Counted from the stretch's first letter, positions 41,877 through 51,798 are shown. The stretch is 64,000 bases of DNA from an uncultured Candidatus Saccharibacteria bacterium (GCA_964574655.1 CAZNOH010000001.1:471020-535019); one strand, 5' to 3'. Notes: generated from the sequence alone by a model not told the origin. Translations and numbers: made by a program.

Positions 41877-43337
41877 TTATTTCTTAAAATCTGTTAGATG
41901 CCCGATCACTTTTATTCCAGCCTTCCATAAAAATTTTAAGTCGTCAAGATTTCTAGTTTGACTAATTTTTTTAAAGATAAATTTTGGAGACATAAAAGCT
42001 TTGTACAATCCTGATGTTAGTTCTTTGACATCAGAAGTTGTTAAAACACTTTTCATAACTTGTTCTCGCTGATCGAAGCGATCATAATCAGTAAAATTTA
42101 GTAAATTATTTTCTAGACAATATTTATATAATGGCGTACCTGGATAAGGTATTAGTACTGTTGCCTGAAGAGTGTCAACGTAACCTTTTTTAAATAAATC
42201 TTTTGCAAGACAAACAGTTCTTTGTGCATCTTCTTTTGTCTCCCAAGGATAGCCAATCATGGCAGTAATATGTGGCTCCAAGCCTGCTTGCTTGCAAATT
42301 CTTAAACCATATTCAATTTCTTCTACTTTTAGATTTTTATTAATTCTATCTAATGTTTTTTGATTTGCCGATTCTAGGCCAAACAAAACAAAACGAAAAC
42401 CTGCTTGCTTCATCAACTGCCAAATCTTTGGATCTTTAATGCCACTAATCCTCATATTGCAGCTCATGGTAACTTTTTTGTTGTAACCTTTTTCGATCAT
42501 GCCATTGCAAAATTCTTCTAGCCAATTTCCGATTGGTAATGATCCTGAATCTTCCATAATTTCTTTAACACCTAATTTTATAAGTTCACCAACCTCATCA
42601 AGAGCTAATTTTGCTGAGCGCGTGCGGAAATGCTGGCCTGGAAAAAGTGTTGTCCAAGAACAAAACGTACATCTCCCCCACCAACAATCACGGCCTGACA
42701 TCATGTACGTGCCTGGAGTATGCTTAAAATTACCATTTTTAAAGGCATATAATTGCCATTCAACAAGCTTACGATCAATCATTGGTAAGCTGTTTAAATT
42801 ATGCCTAGATAAATCAACTGGACCAGAATTTTTAATTATTCCATTTTCTCTATACCAAATTCCGCCTTCTAAATTTTCTCCCTTGCTTAGATGATTAGCT
42901 AGGTTTAATAATAGAAAATCAAAATCTCCACCAGTTAGAACATAATCAACTTTTGAATTCTTAAAAGACTCTTCTGGCATTGCAGTAACATGATCACCCA
43001 TCAGAACAATTTTTAAATTTTTATCTTTAATTTGTTCTTTCAGCTCATTTATTATTTTCCAGTGCTTTTTTATAACAGGTGTTTTTGATTCTATAACTAG
43101 AATATCAGGTTTTGTATTAATTATATCGCTAAGCCATTTTTGATAAGTCTGTTCTTTGGCAATTCCATCATGCCAAAAAACCTGATGGCCATTTTTCGAT
43201 AATAAAGTCGCAGCATAAGCGGGAATAACTGGAAAAATATAGGTTGGAGAATTAAACCATTGAAATTGACGGTTCTGAGATAACAACGGCGTGCCTTTTT
43301 CTGATTGAATGGGCGGATATGAGATTGAAATCTTCAT
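41877..43337 (-). CDS. B12-binding-domain radical SAM enzyme (class B radical SAM methyltransferase-like)
   Basis: N-terminal Rossmann-like B12-binding region, then the cluster CWWGRCTFCS (CxxxCxxC-type motif) and GDF-type glycine-rich region. 486 aa. Confidence 0.7.
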   Translation of the reverse strand: MKISISYPPIQSEKGTPLLSQNRQFQWFNSPTYIFPVIPAYAATLLSKNGHQVFWHDGIAKEQTYQKWLSDIINTKPDILVIESKTPVIKKHWKIINELKEQIKDKNLKIVLMGDHVTAMPEESFKNSKVDYVLTGGDFDFLLLNLANHLSKGENLEGGIWYRENGIIKNSGPVDLSRHNLNSLPMIDRKLVEWQLYAFKNGNFKHTPGTYMMSGRDCWWGRCTFCSWTTLFPGQHFRTRSAKLALDEVGELIKLGVKEIMEDSGSLPIGNWLEEFCNGMIEKGYNKKVTMSCNMRISGIKDPKIWQLMKQAGFRFVLFGLESANQKTLDRINKNLKVEEIEYGLRICKQAGLEPHITAMIGYPWETKEDAQRTVCLAKDLFKKGYVDTLQATVLIPYPGTPLYKYCLENNLLNFTDYDRFDQREQVMKSVLTTSDVKELTSGLYKAFMSPKFIFKKISQTRNLDDLKFLWKAGIKVIGHLTDFKK

Positions 43338-43361
43338 GAAATTAAAATTTATTTTATATTC

Positions 43362-44108
43362 CTATTTTTTTTGAGCGATAATAACAACGAATGATCCGGA
43401 AGATAGAGATTTAGAAAATCTTTTTTGAAATTTATATACTATATTTTTGAGGCTGTAGATTGAAGAAATCTTATTTTTTGAAACAATGGGAAGAAAATCT
43501 GAATTAATTGAAATAATATTGTATGAATTTAATACTTTTTTATAATCACAAATTTCGTGGCTAGTCTCATTTGGTGTTACTAAATTACGCTTAATTAAAA
43601 AATCATTACCAACTATTTTTTCAAGCATTTTTCTGTTCATTTGAGAAAATTTGTTGATAATATTTGAACCGTTTGGTTCCATAATGATAATAGTCCCCTT
43701 TTCTTTAAGCCAAAAATCTAAATTACTTGTAACTTTTTCAAGGTCAGGAAAATGATGGAGAACAAAAGGACAAAGTATAAAATCAAATTGTTCTTTGTTG
43801 AATTGATCTTTATTATCCAAATCTCCTGATATTGCATGATAATTTTTTGTTTTATCATTCGCTAATTTAACCATGTTGGGCGCAATTTCTAATCCAGTTA
43901 CTTGGAGTTCTGGAAATTTATTTAAAAGATATTTTCCAAACACTCCAGTGCCACATCCTGCCTCAAGCATTTTTCCTCTTAAGTTTACTCTGTTTTTCGA
44001 TACAAAATTATACAAATATTCATAATATTTTTTGTCGGTTAACTCATAGGAATTTTTGTTAACAACATTAAAGAATTCAATTTCGTAATCTTTATTTTGG
44101 TGTTGCAT
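43362..44108 (-). CDS. class I SAM-dependent methyltransferase
   Basis: MLEAGCGTGVFGKYL motif I, ILCPFVLHHF, IIIMEPNG. Confidence 0.75.
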   Translation of the reverse strand: MQHQNKDYEIEFFNVVNKNSYELTDKKYYEYLYNFVSKNRVNLRGKMLEAGCGTGVFGKYLLNKFPELQVTGLEIAPNMVKLANDKTKNYHAISGDLDNKDQFNKEQFDFILCPFVLHHFPDLEKVTSNLDFWLKEKGTIIIMEPNGSNIINKFSQMNRKMLEKIVGNDFLIKRNLVTPNETSHEICDYKKVLNSYNIISINSDFLPIVSKNKISSIYSLKNIVYKFQKRFSKSLSSGSFVVIIAQKK

Positions 44109-44146
44109 GTATGATGAAATATTTTATTAAAATCGTCAAAAAAACG

Positions 44147-45124
44147 TTACCGATACTTACTTTTTAATTCTTTTGTAAAAATAAATCCTTGCAGAAATCT
44201 GATTCCGTACCAGATATGTGTAAGGAAAATGTAATAAAAAGTATTAAATATTATTAAGATATTTTTTTCGTATTTATAAATATCCAAAAATGTTTTTATG
44301 TAGGAAAGAATATAGATTCCCCAGCCCAGCAAATATAAATTAAAAATAATTTTTGAAAAAATACTAGCGATTGCACCTATAATTATAAAAGCTACAAATA
44401 AACTTGGAACAAAGTATTTTAATTTTAAAGAAGTCTCTGGATATTTCTTGGCGAAAAAACCACGGTGAATTCCATAATTTCCGACTTGCTTTAAGTGAGC
44501 TTGCAATCCTTGACGGCGATGATGGTAAACAATCAATTCTGGATCGTAAATTATTTTACCTTGATTCTCTTTTAACAAATCAATGCATAACTTTGTATCT
44601 TCTCCTGGCCAATATTCTGAATTAAAGCCTTTTGCTAGCTGAAAATTGTTTTTTCTAATTGACAAATTGACGCTCGGCCAATCATTAATAAATCTTTTTT
44701 TGCCAACTGGCACATAACGCTCTGGAAATCCGCCAGAGAAACTGCTTAAAAAAACTGATCCGGAAACTTTTTGCCAAAAATTATCATCATCAGGAGTTAC
44801 AGCTGGACCGCCGACTGCAATTATATTTTTATCTTTAAAATCTCGGTCAAGAATTTCTAATAAATCACTCTTTGGATAAGCATCATCGTCTACAAATATT
44901 AGTATCTCGCCTTGCGCATCTTTGATTGCCAAATTTCTTTTCATTGCCGGTCCGCCAGGACCACTGGCGATTTGCTTTGTCTTTGGCCAGCTCTCTGAAT
45001 TTTTCTCGTTCGGATAAATAACTATCTCAAAATCATCTCTTTCAATTTCCAGAATTTTAGAAACAGTTTCTCTAATATAATCGTTAATTTCTTTAACTGG
45101 GATAATAAAACTATATTTGATCAT
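44147..45124 (-). CDS. glycosyltransferase family 2 with C-terminal TM helices
   Basis: FIIPVKEINDYIRETV ... IFVDDDAYP. Three hydrophobic helices at the C-terminus. Confidence 0.7.
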   Translation of the reverse strand: MIKYSFIIPVKEINDYIRETVSKILEIERDDFEIVIYPNEKNSESWPKTKQIASGPGGPAMKRNLAIKDAQGEILIFVDDDAYPKSDLLEILDRDFKDKNIIAVGGPAVTPDDDNFWQKVSGSVFLSSFSGGFPERYVPVGKKRFINDWPSVNLSIRKNNFQLAKGFNSEYWPGEDTKLCIDLLKENQGKIIYDPELIVYHHRRQGLQAHLKQVGNYGIHRGFFAKKYPETSLKLKYFVPSLFVAFIIIGAIASIFSKIIFNLYLLGWGIYILSYIKTFLDIYKYEKNILIIFNTFYYIFLTHIWYGIRFLQGFIFTKELKSKYR

Positions 45125-45134
45125 AGCTCGAATG

Positions 45135-46064
45135 TTAGAGCTTTTTTTGATTGATAATATAAAGCGGTCGATTTATAACTTGAAAATTGATATTGGCAAT
45201 ATACAAAGCAATAAGTCCTAAACAACTCAAGACAATGCCAATCAAAAATAAATTTATGATTGCTAAGATAGCTGGACCTGAGAAATTCTGCATTTTTAAC
45301 ACATAATTGGAAATAAACATGTAGACTCCCATGAGCCCTGAACCGATTGTGATAAATATCCCAAGATAACCCGCAATTTTTAATGGAAATAGACTCAAAG
45401 ATACAAATGATGAGAAGGCTAGTCGAACTAGCTTTACAAAGCTATATCCAGGTCGACCTTCTCTTCTATCTTCTGCGTCAAAATAGACATATTTTTTTTC
45501 AAATCCCAGCCAATCGATTAATCCGCGCGTAATTCTGTTTTTTTCTCTAAGCTTATTGAATTCATCAATGACCTGTCGATCTAAAAGTCGATAATCTGTT
45601 GATCCTTGAACCATTGTTGTTTCTGAAATATTATTTAATATTTTGTAGAATAGCCAAGAACCAATTTTTTTAGAAATTTTGTCACTTTTGCTTTTGTTTC
45701 TGACACCGATAACGACCTTGCTGCCTTTTTGCCAATATTTAATGAATTTTGGAATTAAGTATAAGGGATGTTGCAAATCTGCATCTATTGTGATTGCTGC
45801 ATCGCCATGGCAAAAATTAAGACCAGCTGTTGTTGCAATTTCTTTTCCAAAGTTTTTTGTAAAATCTAGATATTTGATTTTACTATTTTGGTTTGATAGA
45901 TTTTTCAGAACGTTTCGGCTATTATCTTTGCTCCCATCATTGACAAAGATTATTTCGTAAGTTAGATTTGGGATTTTATTCAAAACTGAATTAACCTCTC
46001 GATAAAAATATTCTAAATTTTTTGATTCATTATACGCCGGAACTATTATTGATACCATTGACAT
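45135..46064 (-). CDS. GT2 polyprenol-phosphate glycosyltransferase (GtrB/ArnC-like)
   Basis: VSIIVPAYNESKNLEYF ... VNDGSKDNS ... ITIDADLQHP, plus two C-terminal TM helices. The ORF-track start at 46112 (MSAEAERSEAKADPKA) would overlap the upstream flippase. The internal MSMVSIIVP start is preferred. Confidence 0.75.
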   Translation of the reverse strand: MSMVSIIVPAYNESKNLEYFYREVNSVLNKIPNLTYEIIFVNDGSKDNSRNVLKNLSNQNSKIKYLDFTKNFGKEIATTAGLNFCHGDAAITIDADLQHPLYLIPKFIKYWQKGSKVVIGVRNKSKSDKISKKIGSWLFYKILNNISETTMVQGSTDYRLLDRQVIDEFNKLREKNRITRGLIDWLGFEKKYVYFDAEDRREGRPGYSFVKLVRLAFSSFVSLSLFPLKIAGYLGIFITIGSGLMGVYMFISNYVLKMQNFSGPAILAIINLFLIGIVLSCLGLIALYIANINFQVINRPLYIINQKKL

Positions 46065-46086
46065 AGCTTTTGGATCCGCCTTCGCC

Positions 46087-47370
46087 TCACTTCGTTCGGC
46101 TTCGGCGGACAAAGGGAAAATATACTAAAACCAAACAGAAAGCTGCCGAACAGCTTATCAGGATTAAACATATCATAATAACTTGGAAAAGTGAAGCGTG
46201 AAAAAAGCAAATTAAAATAATTTGTAATAATGATGCACTTATCAAGAATGGCAAAAAAATGAATTTCTTAATTGAAATTAAATAAGTAATAATAAGATTT
46301 AGGATTGAATACGCAGTCATAACTATGCTCATAACTCCTAGCAAATTACTGCCTTGTAAGTATTTTTCTCCAAAAAGCATCTTGATAATCTGATCTGGAA
46401 AGAAAAAATATAAGATATTTAAAATTATGCTTGTTACGATAACTAGCAAAAGCGCGACGAAAAATAGATGTTGATGTTTTTCTTGTCGCTCAAATTTTTC
46501 TGTCGCCATTGGCAAAAGGACTGAAGCAATGATGCCTGTTCCAAAAAAGATGATTCGGGTAAGCATTGCTAATGAGCTGTAAAGACCAGCCTGCAAATCA
46601 GTAAAATAGTGTTTGACTAAAATTAAGTCAATATTATATAAAAGTGTTAAGCAAAGAGAAGTAACAAAAAAATAGCTGATGCTTTGTATTTGTTTAGAAC
46701 TAATTTTTATTGGCTGAAGATCTTTCTGATTTATTTTACGAGAATTGAGATCTTTTATTAAAAAGTAAACAATAATTGCGCAGATAACTGAAGGAAAAAC
46801 AAACCCAGCTACAGCTCCGGAAACTGAAAATCCAAGCAAAACTAATCCAACACCTAATATGATTTTGAGTATAGTACCAATGACGTTAACAATGGAAAGT
46901 GCTTTGAATCTTTGCAAACCTTGTAAAATTGATATATAAAAACTGCCTACATAGGCAAGCACAAGGCATGAGGCCATGATTATTATTGGAATCTGCGAAA
47001 CTTTTAAATATCCAGCTATTGGACCAGAGAAGATTGTCAATGCTAAAAATATAATAATTCCAAAAAAGAAAAATTTCTTTTCAAAATAGGATTTAAACTG
47101 TGCGAGTTTTTTAAAGAGCTTCTTGGATTTTAATTCTGCAACTTTTCTAGTCCCTGCAATAATAATTGCACCGCCAATCATAGTAACAATTAAAAAAATA
47201 CTTTCTAGAGAAACTAATTGGCCATATTCGTCAACCGTAAGCACACGGCCTATTATTAAATTGAATAAGTAGTTTAAAACACTTGCTATTATTGTGCCAG
47301 CAAAAAGAACAGCTGTATTTTTAAAAAATAGACTGCTTAATAATTTTTGTTTGATTTTATATAACAACAT
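46087..47370 (-). CDS. Wzx-like flippase (MOP superfamily), second copy
   Basis: 427 aa, about 12 TM helices, NTAVLFAGTIIASVLNYLFNLIIGRVL N-terminus typical of Wzx/polysaccharide biosynthesis proteins. Confidence 0.75.
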   Translation of the reverse strand: MLLYKIKQKLLSSLFFKNTAVLFAGTIIASVLNYLFNLIIGRVLTVDEYGQLVSLESIFLIVTMIGGAIIIAGTRKVAELKSKKLFKKLAQFKSYFEKKFFFFGIIIFLALTIFSGPIAGYLKVSQIPIIIMASCLVLAYVGSFYISILQGLQRFKALSIVNVIGTILKIILGVGLVLLGFSVSGAVAGFVFPSVICAIIVYFLIKDLNSRKINQKDLQPIKISSKQIQSISYFFVTSLCLTLLYNIDLILVKHYFTDLQAGLYSSLAMLTRIIFFGTGIIASVLLPMATEKFERQEKHQHLFFVALLLVIVTSIILNILYFFFPDQIIKMLFGEKYLQGSNLLGVMSIVMTAYSILNLIITYLISIKKFIFLPFLISASLLQIILICFFHASLFQVIMICLILISCSAAFCLVLVYFPFVRRSRTK

Positions 47371-47380
47371 GATGCAAATA

Positions 47381-47560
47381 TGCTAATTTATGCCAATCTA
47401 CTAATTGCTAATGAGAATAGTCACAATCTGAAAATTATTAATATAATTGATAATATTATTTTTATAGTATACAATATAAAATAAGTTATTGCGAATTAGC
47501 TAAGTATATTATTTCGATTGGCAATTAGCATTATTGGCATAAGATTTGTAGATTAGCATC
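47381..47560. promoter_or_regulatory. divergent promoter region with at least 5 copies of an AATTAGC(A/T)/GCTAATT motif in both orientations
   Basis: tgctaattta, ctaattgctaatg, gcgaattagctaag, gcaattagcatta, gattagcatc. Lies between the minus-strand flippase start and the plus-strand UDP-xylose synthase start. Confidence 0.45.
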
Positions 47561-47574
47561 ATAATAAAATATTT

Positions 47575-48513
47575 ATGAAACGCATTTTAATAACAGGAGG
47601 AGCAGGATTTATTGGTTCGCATTTATGCGAATATTTATTGAAAAAAAATCACGAAGTAATTTGTGTTGATAATTTTTTTACTGGCCAAAAAAACAATGTC
47701 AAACATTTATTAAAAAATCCTTATTTTGAAATTATCAGACATGATGTAACTTGGCCTTTGTATGTTGAGGTTGATCAGATTTATCATCTTGCTTCACCTG
47801 CTGCACCAATTCATTATCAAAAAGATCCGATTCAAACGACAAAAACTAATGTATTAGGCGCAATTCAAATGCTTGGCTTGGCTAAAAGATTGAAAATTAA
47901 AATCTTGCTGTCTTCAACTTCAGAAGTTTATGGCGATCCAAAAGTTCACCCGCAGAAAGAAAGCTATTGGGGTAATGTCAATTGTTTAGGTCCTAGAGCG
48001 TGCTACGATGAAGCAAAAAGATGCGCAGAGACATTATTTATGGATTATTGGCGGCAAAATAAGGTAAAGATAAAAATTGTGAGGATTTTTAATACTTACG
48101 GTCCCAGGTTAGCTATGAATGATGGCCGAGTGGTTTCTAATTTTCTTATCCAGGCTTTGCAAAATGAACCAATTACTATTTATGGCAAAGGCACGCAGAC
48201 TCGATCTTTTTGTTATGTTGATGATTTAGTCAGAGGACTTTATAAAATGATGGAAACTGATGACAAAATTACTGGGCCAATAAACTTAGGAAATCCTGGA
48301 GAATTTACAATGTTGGAACTTGCAAAGCTTGTAATTAAAATGACGAAATCTAAAAGCAAAATTATTTATGAGCCATTGCCAATTAATGATCCAAAACAAA
48401 GAAAGCCGGATATTGCATTGGCTAAAAAAGTTTTGAATTGGTCTCCAACAATCAATCTTGTTTCTGGACTCAAGAAAACAATCCCATATTTTAAAACTAA
48501 GATAAAGAATTGA
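47575..48513 (+). CDS. UDP-glucuronate decarboxylase (UDP-xylose synthase)
   Basis: [19 protein letters not shown]...[21 protein letters not shown] (YxxxK). The UXS/ArnA-decarboxylase pattern. 312 aa. Confidence 0.85.
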   Translation: MKRILITGGAGFIGSHLCEYLLKKNHEVICVDNFFTGQKNNVKHLLKNPYFEIIRHDVTWPLYVEVDQIYHLASPAAPIHYQKDPIQTTKTNVLGAIQMLGLAKRLKIKILLSSTSEVYGDPKVHPQKESYWGNVNCLGPRACYDEAKRCAETLFMDYWRQNKVKIKIVRIFNTYGPRLAMNDGRVVSNFLIQALQNEPITIYGKGTQTRSFCYVDDLVRGLYKMMETDDKITGPINLGNPGEFTMLELAKLVIKMTKSKSKIIYEPLPINDPKQRKPDIALAKKVLNWSPTINLVSGLKKTIPYFKTKIKN

Positions 48514-48562
48514 TTTATTGTTCTTTTAAAAACTAAATCACAACCAGACAAGGAGGACAGAG

Positions 48563-50761
48563 ATGCAATCACAAATTGCTTTTTTGTTGCTTATTTTGTT
48601 GTTAGGATGTTCGAATAGCGATACCTCTTCATTTTCTGAAAAAGCAAAAGAATTATGCAGAGAAGAACATTGTGTAGCTGAAATTGCTGAATTTGAAAAT
48701 GATTTTTTACTTTCCCCTGCTAACATTGATTTGAAAGCTGAAGATTCTGATGGCAATATTGCTTCAACAAATACTTTGCTGGTTAAATTCAAGAGCAATA
48801 CTAGTGTCTCTGAAATTAAGAAAGCTCTTGATGAAATTGATGGCAAGGTCTCAGCATTTATTCCGGAAGTAAATATCTTTGAATTGAGATTTGACTGTGA
48901 TTCTATTGATCAGATTGAAAGAAATATTCAAACATTGCTTTCAAGCGGAATTGTTGAATTGGCGGAAATGAATTATGTAGCTCAACTGGAAGATTTGGAT
49001 ATTGGAAGCAATAATGATGATGGTTTGTGGGGATTTAAAAAAATCAGACTTGCAGAAGCTTACAATTTTATTGAACAAAATAGTATTGTTTTGCAACCGA
49101 TTAAGATCGCTGTTATTGATAGTGGTGTTAGATTAACGCATAGCGACTTAAAAGGGGTCTCTGTTGAAGAGTACGATTTGTTTGATAATGACAATGATGT
49201 TACTACTTTGGATGGACACGGTACAGCAGTTGCAGGCATAATTTTTGCTCAAAATCATAATGGCGATTTGAATGGCATTGCTTTTAACGCGACTTTGATG
49301 GCATACAAAATCACAAATAATTCTGGTAGCAATGAATATTTTGATCGAGATTCAATTGTTGCAATAATACACGCAGTACAACACAATGCTTCTGTCATTA
49401 ATATTAGTTCAAGAACTTCATCAGATAGTGAAACAGTTGAAGCACTCTATAGTGCAATTAGATTTGCATATGAAAATGGAGTGACTATTGTTGCTTCTGC
49501 GGGAAATGGTGAAGACGAATTGCTGTGTCGTGTTAATCAAAATCTTGATATCTGCTTTATTGGCGATGATGCAACCAACCATTATCCTTCAGCATTCTCT
49601 GAAGTTATCTCGGTTGGTGCTACCTATATTGATGAATTTGGACTTGAAAATAGAGCTCCTTGGTCTAATTACTCCCAAGATGATGATATAAATATTTTAG
49701 CTCTCTCTGCTCCGGCAAATAATATTACTGTCTTAACCTTAACAGATTTTGATCATAATAAAGGCACTTCTTTTGCTTCACCAATGGTTGCTGGTCTTGC
49801 TGGTTTATTAATATCTATTAGGCCAGAATTACGTCCTGATGAAGTTAGAAAAATTATGTATGAATCTGCTGTTGAAATTCTAGTTACCTATCCAGATGGC
49901 GTTTTTCATAACTGGAGAAGAATTAATGTATTGGAAGCTGTGAAGAAAGCAACTCATGAAATGGATCTGCCAAATCATGGAATTGGAAAAGATTGCTTTG
50001 AACTTAGTGATTGTAATTTTGGTTTGTATTGTGTCTCTGGAATTTGTACGGAATTTTGTTTTGAAGAGAAAAGTCGCGGCTTGGATTCAGGATTCAGTTG
50101 CGATAATTGCAATATGTTCAATGAATGTCCAAACGGAACTGCCTGTATTAAAATAAGAGATCCTCATGGTCCTTCGATCGGCAGAATACCGCTGAAATTG
50201 TGTTTTATATCATGCAAGAACGACAATGATTGCTACGATGGGCATATTTGTTGGCTAAATATCAATAGTTCAGGTGGTTTTTGTGTGCCAAAGCATTATG
50301 AAGATCTTTATAATGATGGAAGTACAGAAGGTGGAATTTGTGGCGATATCTTTGATGGTTATCTCCCAATAGGCTGTAAAGAAGGTGTTTGTAGTTTGCA
50401 TCTTGATATGATAAAGATCGGCTATTGCCGACGAGATTGTACTCCAAATGTTTCTGGTCATTCTTCATGTTATGAAAATGAATTCTGTGAATCAAATAAA
50501 TATTTTGATTATAATGGGATAAGAAAATGCGGTTTTTGCCAAGCAAGAAATTCTTTTCTACAAGTCAACGAAAATTGCATTTCTTCTACTGATTGTCCTC
50601 TCGGTACTACGTGCGTAACTTTATCTGATAGAAATGATTTTCGCTGTAAGATTCCTTGCGATTTTAATAACCCAAGCTGTCCTGAAGGATATTGGTGCAG
50701 CGAATATCTTTCAGACAGTAATGTCTGCCATGAATTAGGACTGGGTGCTTGTTCATTGTAA
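48563..50761 (+). CDS. subtilisin-like serine protease (peptidase S8) lipoprotein with about 270-aa Cys-rich C-terminal domain
   Basis: Signal/lipobox LLLGCSN. Catalytic triad contexts IAVIDSGV (Asp), DGHGTAVAG (His), GTSFASPMVAGLAG (Ser). About 30 Cys in the last 270 aa. SD CAAGGAGGACAGAGATG. Confidence 0.85.
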   Translation: MQSQIAFLLLILLLGCSNSDTSSFSEKAKELCREEHCVAEIAEFENDFLLSPANIDLKAEDSDGNIASTNTLLVKFKSNTSVSEIKKALDEIDGKVSAFIPEVNIFELRFDCDSIDQIERNIQTLLSSGIVELAEMNYVAQLEDLDIGSNNDDGLWGFKKIRLAEAYNFIEQNSIVLQPIKIAVIDSGVRLTHSDLKGVSVEEYDLFDNDNDVTTLDGHGTAVAGIIFAQNHNGDLNGIAFNATLMAYKITNNSGSNEYFDRDSIVAIIHAVQHNASVINISSRTSSDSETVEALYSAIRFAYENGVTIVASAGNGEDELLCRVNQNLDICFIGDDATNHYPSAFSEVISVGATYIDEFGLENRAPWSNYSQDDDINILALSAPANNITVLTLTDFDHNKGTSFASPMVAGLAGLLISIRPELRPDEVRKIMYESAVEILVTYPDGVFHNWRRINVLEAVKKATHEMDLPNHGIGKDCFELSDCNFGLYCVSGICTEFCFEEKSRGLDSGFSCDNCNMFNECPNGTACIKIRDPHGPSIGRIPLKLCFISCKNDNDCYDGHICWLNINSSGGFCVPKHYEDLYNDGSTEGGICGDIFDGYLPIGCKEGVCSLHLDMIKIGYCRRDCTPNVSGHSSCYENEFCESNKYFDYNGIRKCGFCQARNSFLQVNENCISSTDCPLGTTCVTLSDRNDFRCKIPCDFNNPSCPEGYWCSEYLSDSNVCHELGLGACSL

Positions 50762-50787
50762 CCGAGAATTTTCTCGGTTTTTTATTT
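50762..50787 (+). terminator. Rho-independent terminator
   Basis: ccgagaa-tttt-ctcgg followed by tttttt, directly after the protease stop. Confidence 0.7.
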
Positions 50788-50814
50788 GACAAAAGATATA
50801 TTTTGAAGTATACT
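50786..50814 (+). promoter_or_regulatory. sigma70-type promoter (-35 TTGACA, 17-nt spacer, -10 TATACT)
   Basis: ttgacaaaagatatattttgaagtatact read directly. Followed by the conserved leader TTGTTCTTTTAAAA and SD GAGGAGGAAGAGATG. Confidence 0.6.
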
Positions 50815-50898
50815 ATATTATTGTTCTTTTAAAATTTTTACTTGTCAACCAGCATCAAAGGTTGGCATCAGAAGTGAAAAACAGGAGAGGAGGAAGAG

Positions 50899-51735
50899 AT
50901 GAAACGGACAAAATTGCTTGCTTTGTCAGCTTTGATTTTTTTGGGACTTGCATCTTGTTCAAAACAAGAAATTGCTGTGGAACAAGTTCGCAAAGATGTT
51001 GAAATTTATTATCAACAACTTTTTGCAAAGTCATTCAGATATGTCTGCACACCGAATGTTTTTTCTGTTGATATTTTAGAAAGATGGACAAAAGATGACA
51101 AAACTGAATTGAAAGTCCGTACTGGTTTGAAATTGCAATGTAGATTAACATTGAATTCTGAAGTTAATGGCGATTTTATGACTTCGCGAATTGAAAGTTC
51201 TTCAAATTTGAAAGTTGGATCCAATTTCTTCCAAGATTGTTTCAAAATGCAATATGAGAAATTCAGCGAAGGATTCAAACTGCAAGGAGAGTTTAATCAG
51301 GATGAAAATTGTCCGTCGTCTGAAGTTTTTGATGCCTATAAAAGGTTGGCTCTAGAAAATCTGCTGAAAGAAACTGCTTTGGCGGCGTGCACTTGCAAAC
51401 AGCCAAATTCTAATTGTACGCATGAAGAAAATATTTGTCGAATTTATGAAGAAAGAGATATCAATGGCGATGGAATTGCGGAAATGGTTTTATCTGATGC
51501 GATAAATCCGAGAAATGGAATTGATTTCGGTTCCACTTGGGCAATTATTAATGGAAGTCCTAAAATGATTTTGCCGGCTACTATTTCTTTGAAAGATTTG
51601 CCAGTATCAGATGGCTTTCCAAGTATTAAAACTTCTGACGAAATAGGTTGCTGCTTAGAAATCATTACCACATATCAATTTGATGTTAGACGAGGAGAAT
51701 ATGTCAAGGTTGGCACTTTTGAACGGAAGATATAA
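50899..51735 (+). CDS. lipoprotein (hypothetical), tandem paralog 1
   Basis: Lipobox LGLASC. Shares LLKETALAACTCK, ERDINGDG and other blocks with the next gene. Confidence 0.7.
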   Translation: MKRTKLLALSALIFLGLASCSKQEIAVEQVRKDVEIYYQQLFAKSFRYVCTPNVFSVDILERWTKDDKTELKVRTGLKLQCRLTLNSEVNGDFMTSRIESSSNLKVGSNFFQDCFKMQYEKFSEGFKLQGEFNQDENCPSSEVFDAYKRLALENLLKETALAACTCKQPNSNCTHEENICRIYEERDINGDGIAEMVLSDAINPRNGIDFGSTWAIINGSPKMILPATISLKDLPVSDGFPSIKTSDEIGCCLEIITTYQFDVRRGEYVKVGTFERKI

Positions 51736-51739
51736 AAAT

Positions 51740-51768
51740 TTACCGAAAGTTATCTTTCGGTTTTTTTA
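51740..51768 (+). terminator. Rho-independent terminator (copy 1 of a duplicated element)
   Basis: accgaaag-ttat-ctttcggt followed by ttttttt. An identical hairpin recurs at 52961. Confidence 0.75.
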
Positions 51769-51769
51769 T

Positions 51770-51798
51770 TTGACAAAAAATATAATTTAGAGTATACT
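51770..51798 (+). promoter_or_regulatory. sigma70-type promoter (-35 TTGACA, 17-nt spacer, -10 TATACT)
   Basis: ttgacaaaaaatataatttagagtatact. The conserved TTGTTCTTTTACA leader is 7 nt downstream. SD GAGGAGGAAGGAAGATG. Confidence 0.6.

Noticed and set aside
46066-46110. Short GC-rich element (ccgccttcgcctcacttcgttcggcttcggcgg) with three CTTCG direct repeats between the flippase and GT2 genes
   Set aside because: It overlaps the last codons of the flippase and only forms a 5-bp stem. It is probably just coding sequence for the basic C-terminal tail (RRSRTK). It also explains the spurious N-terminal extension of the GT2 ORF.
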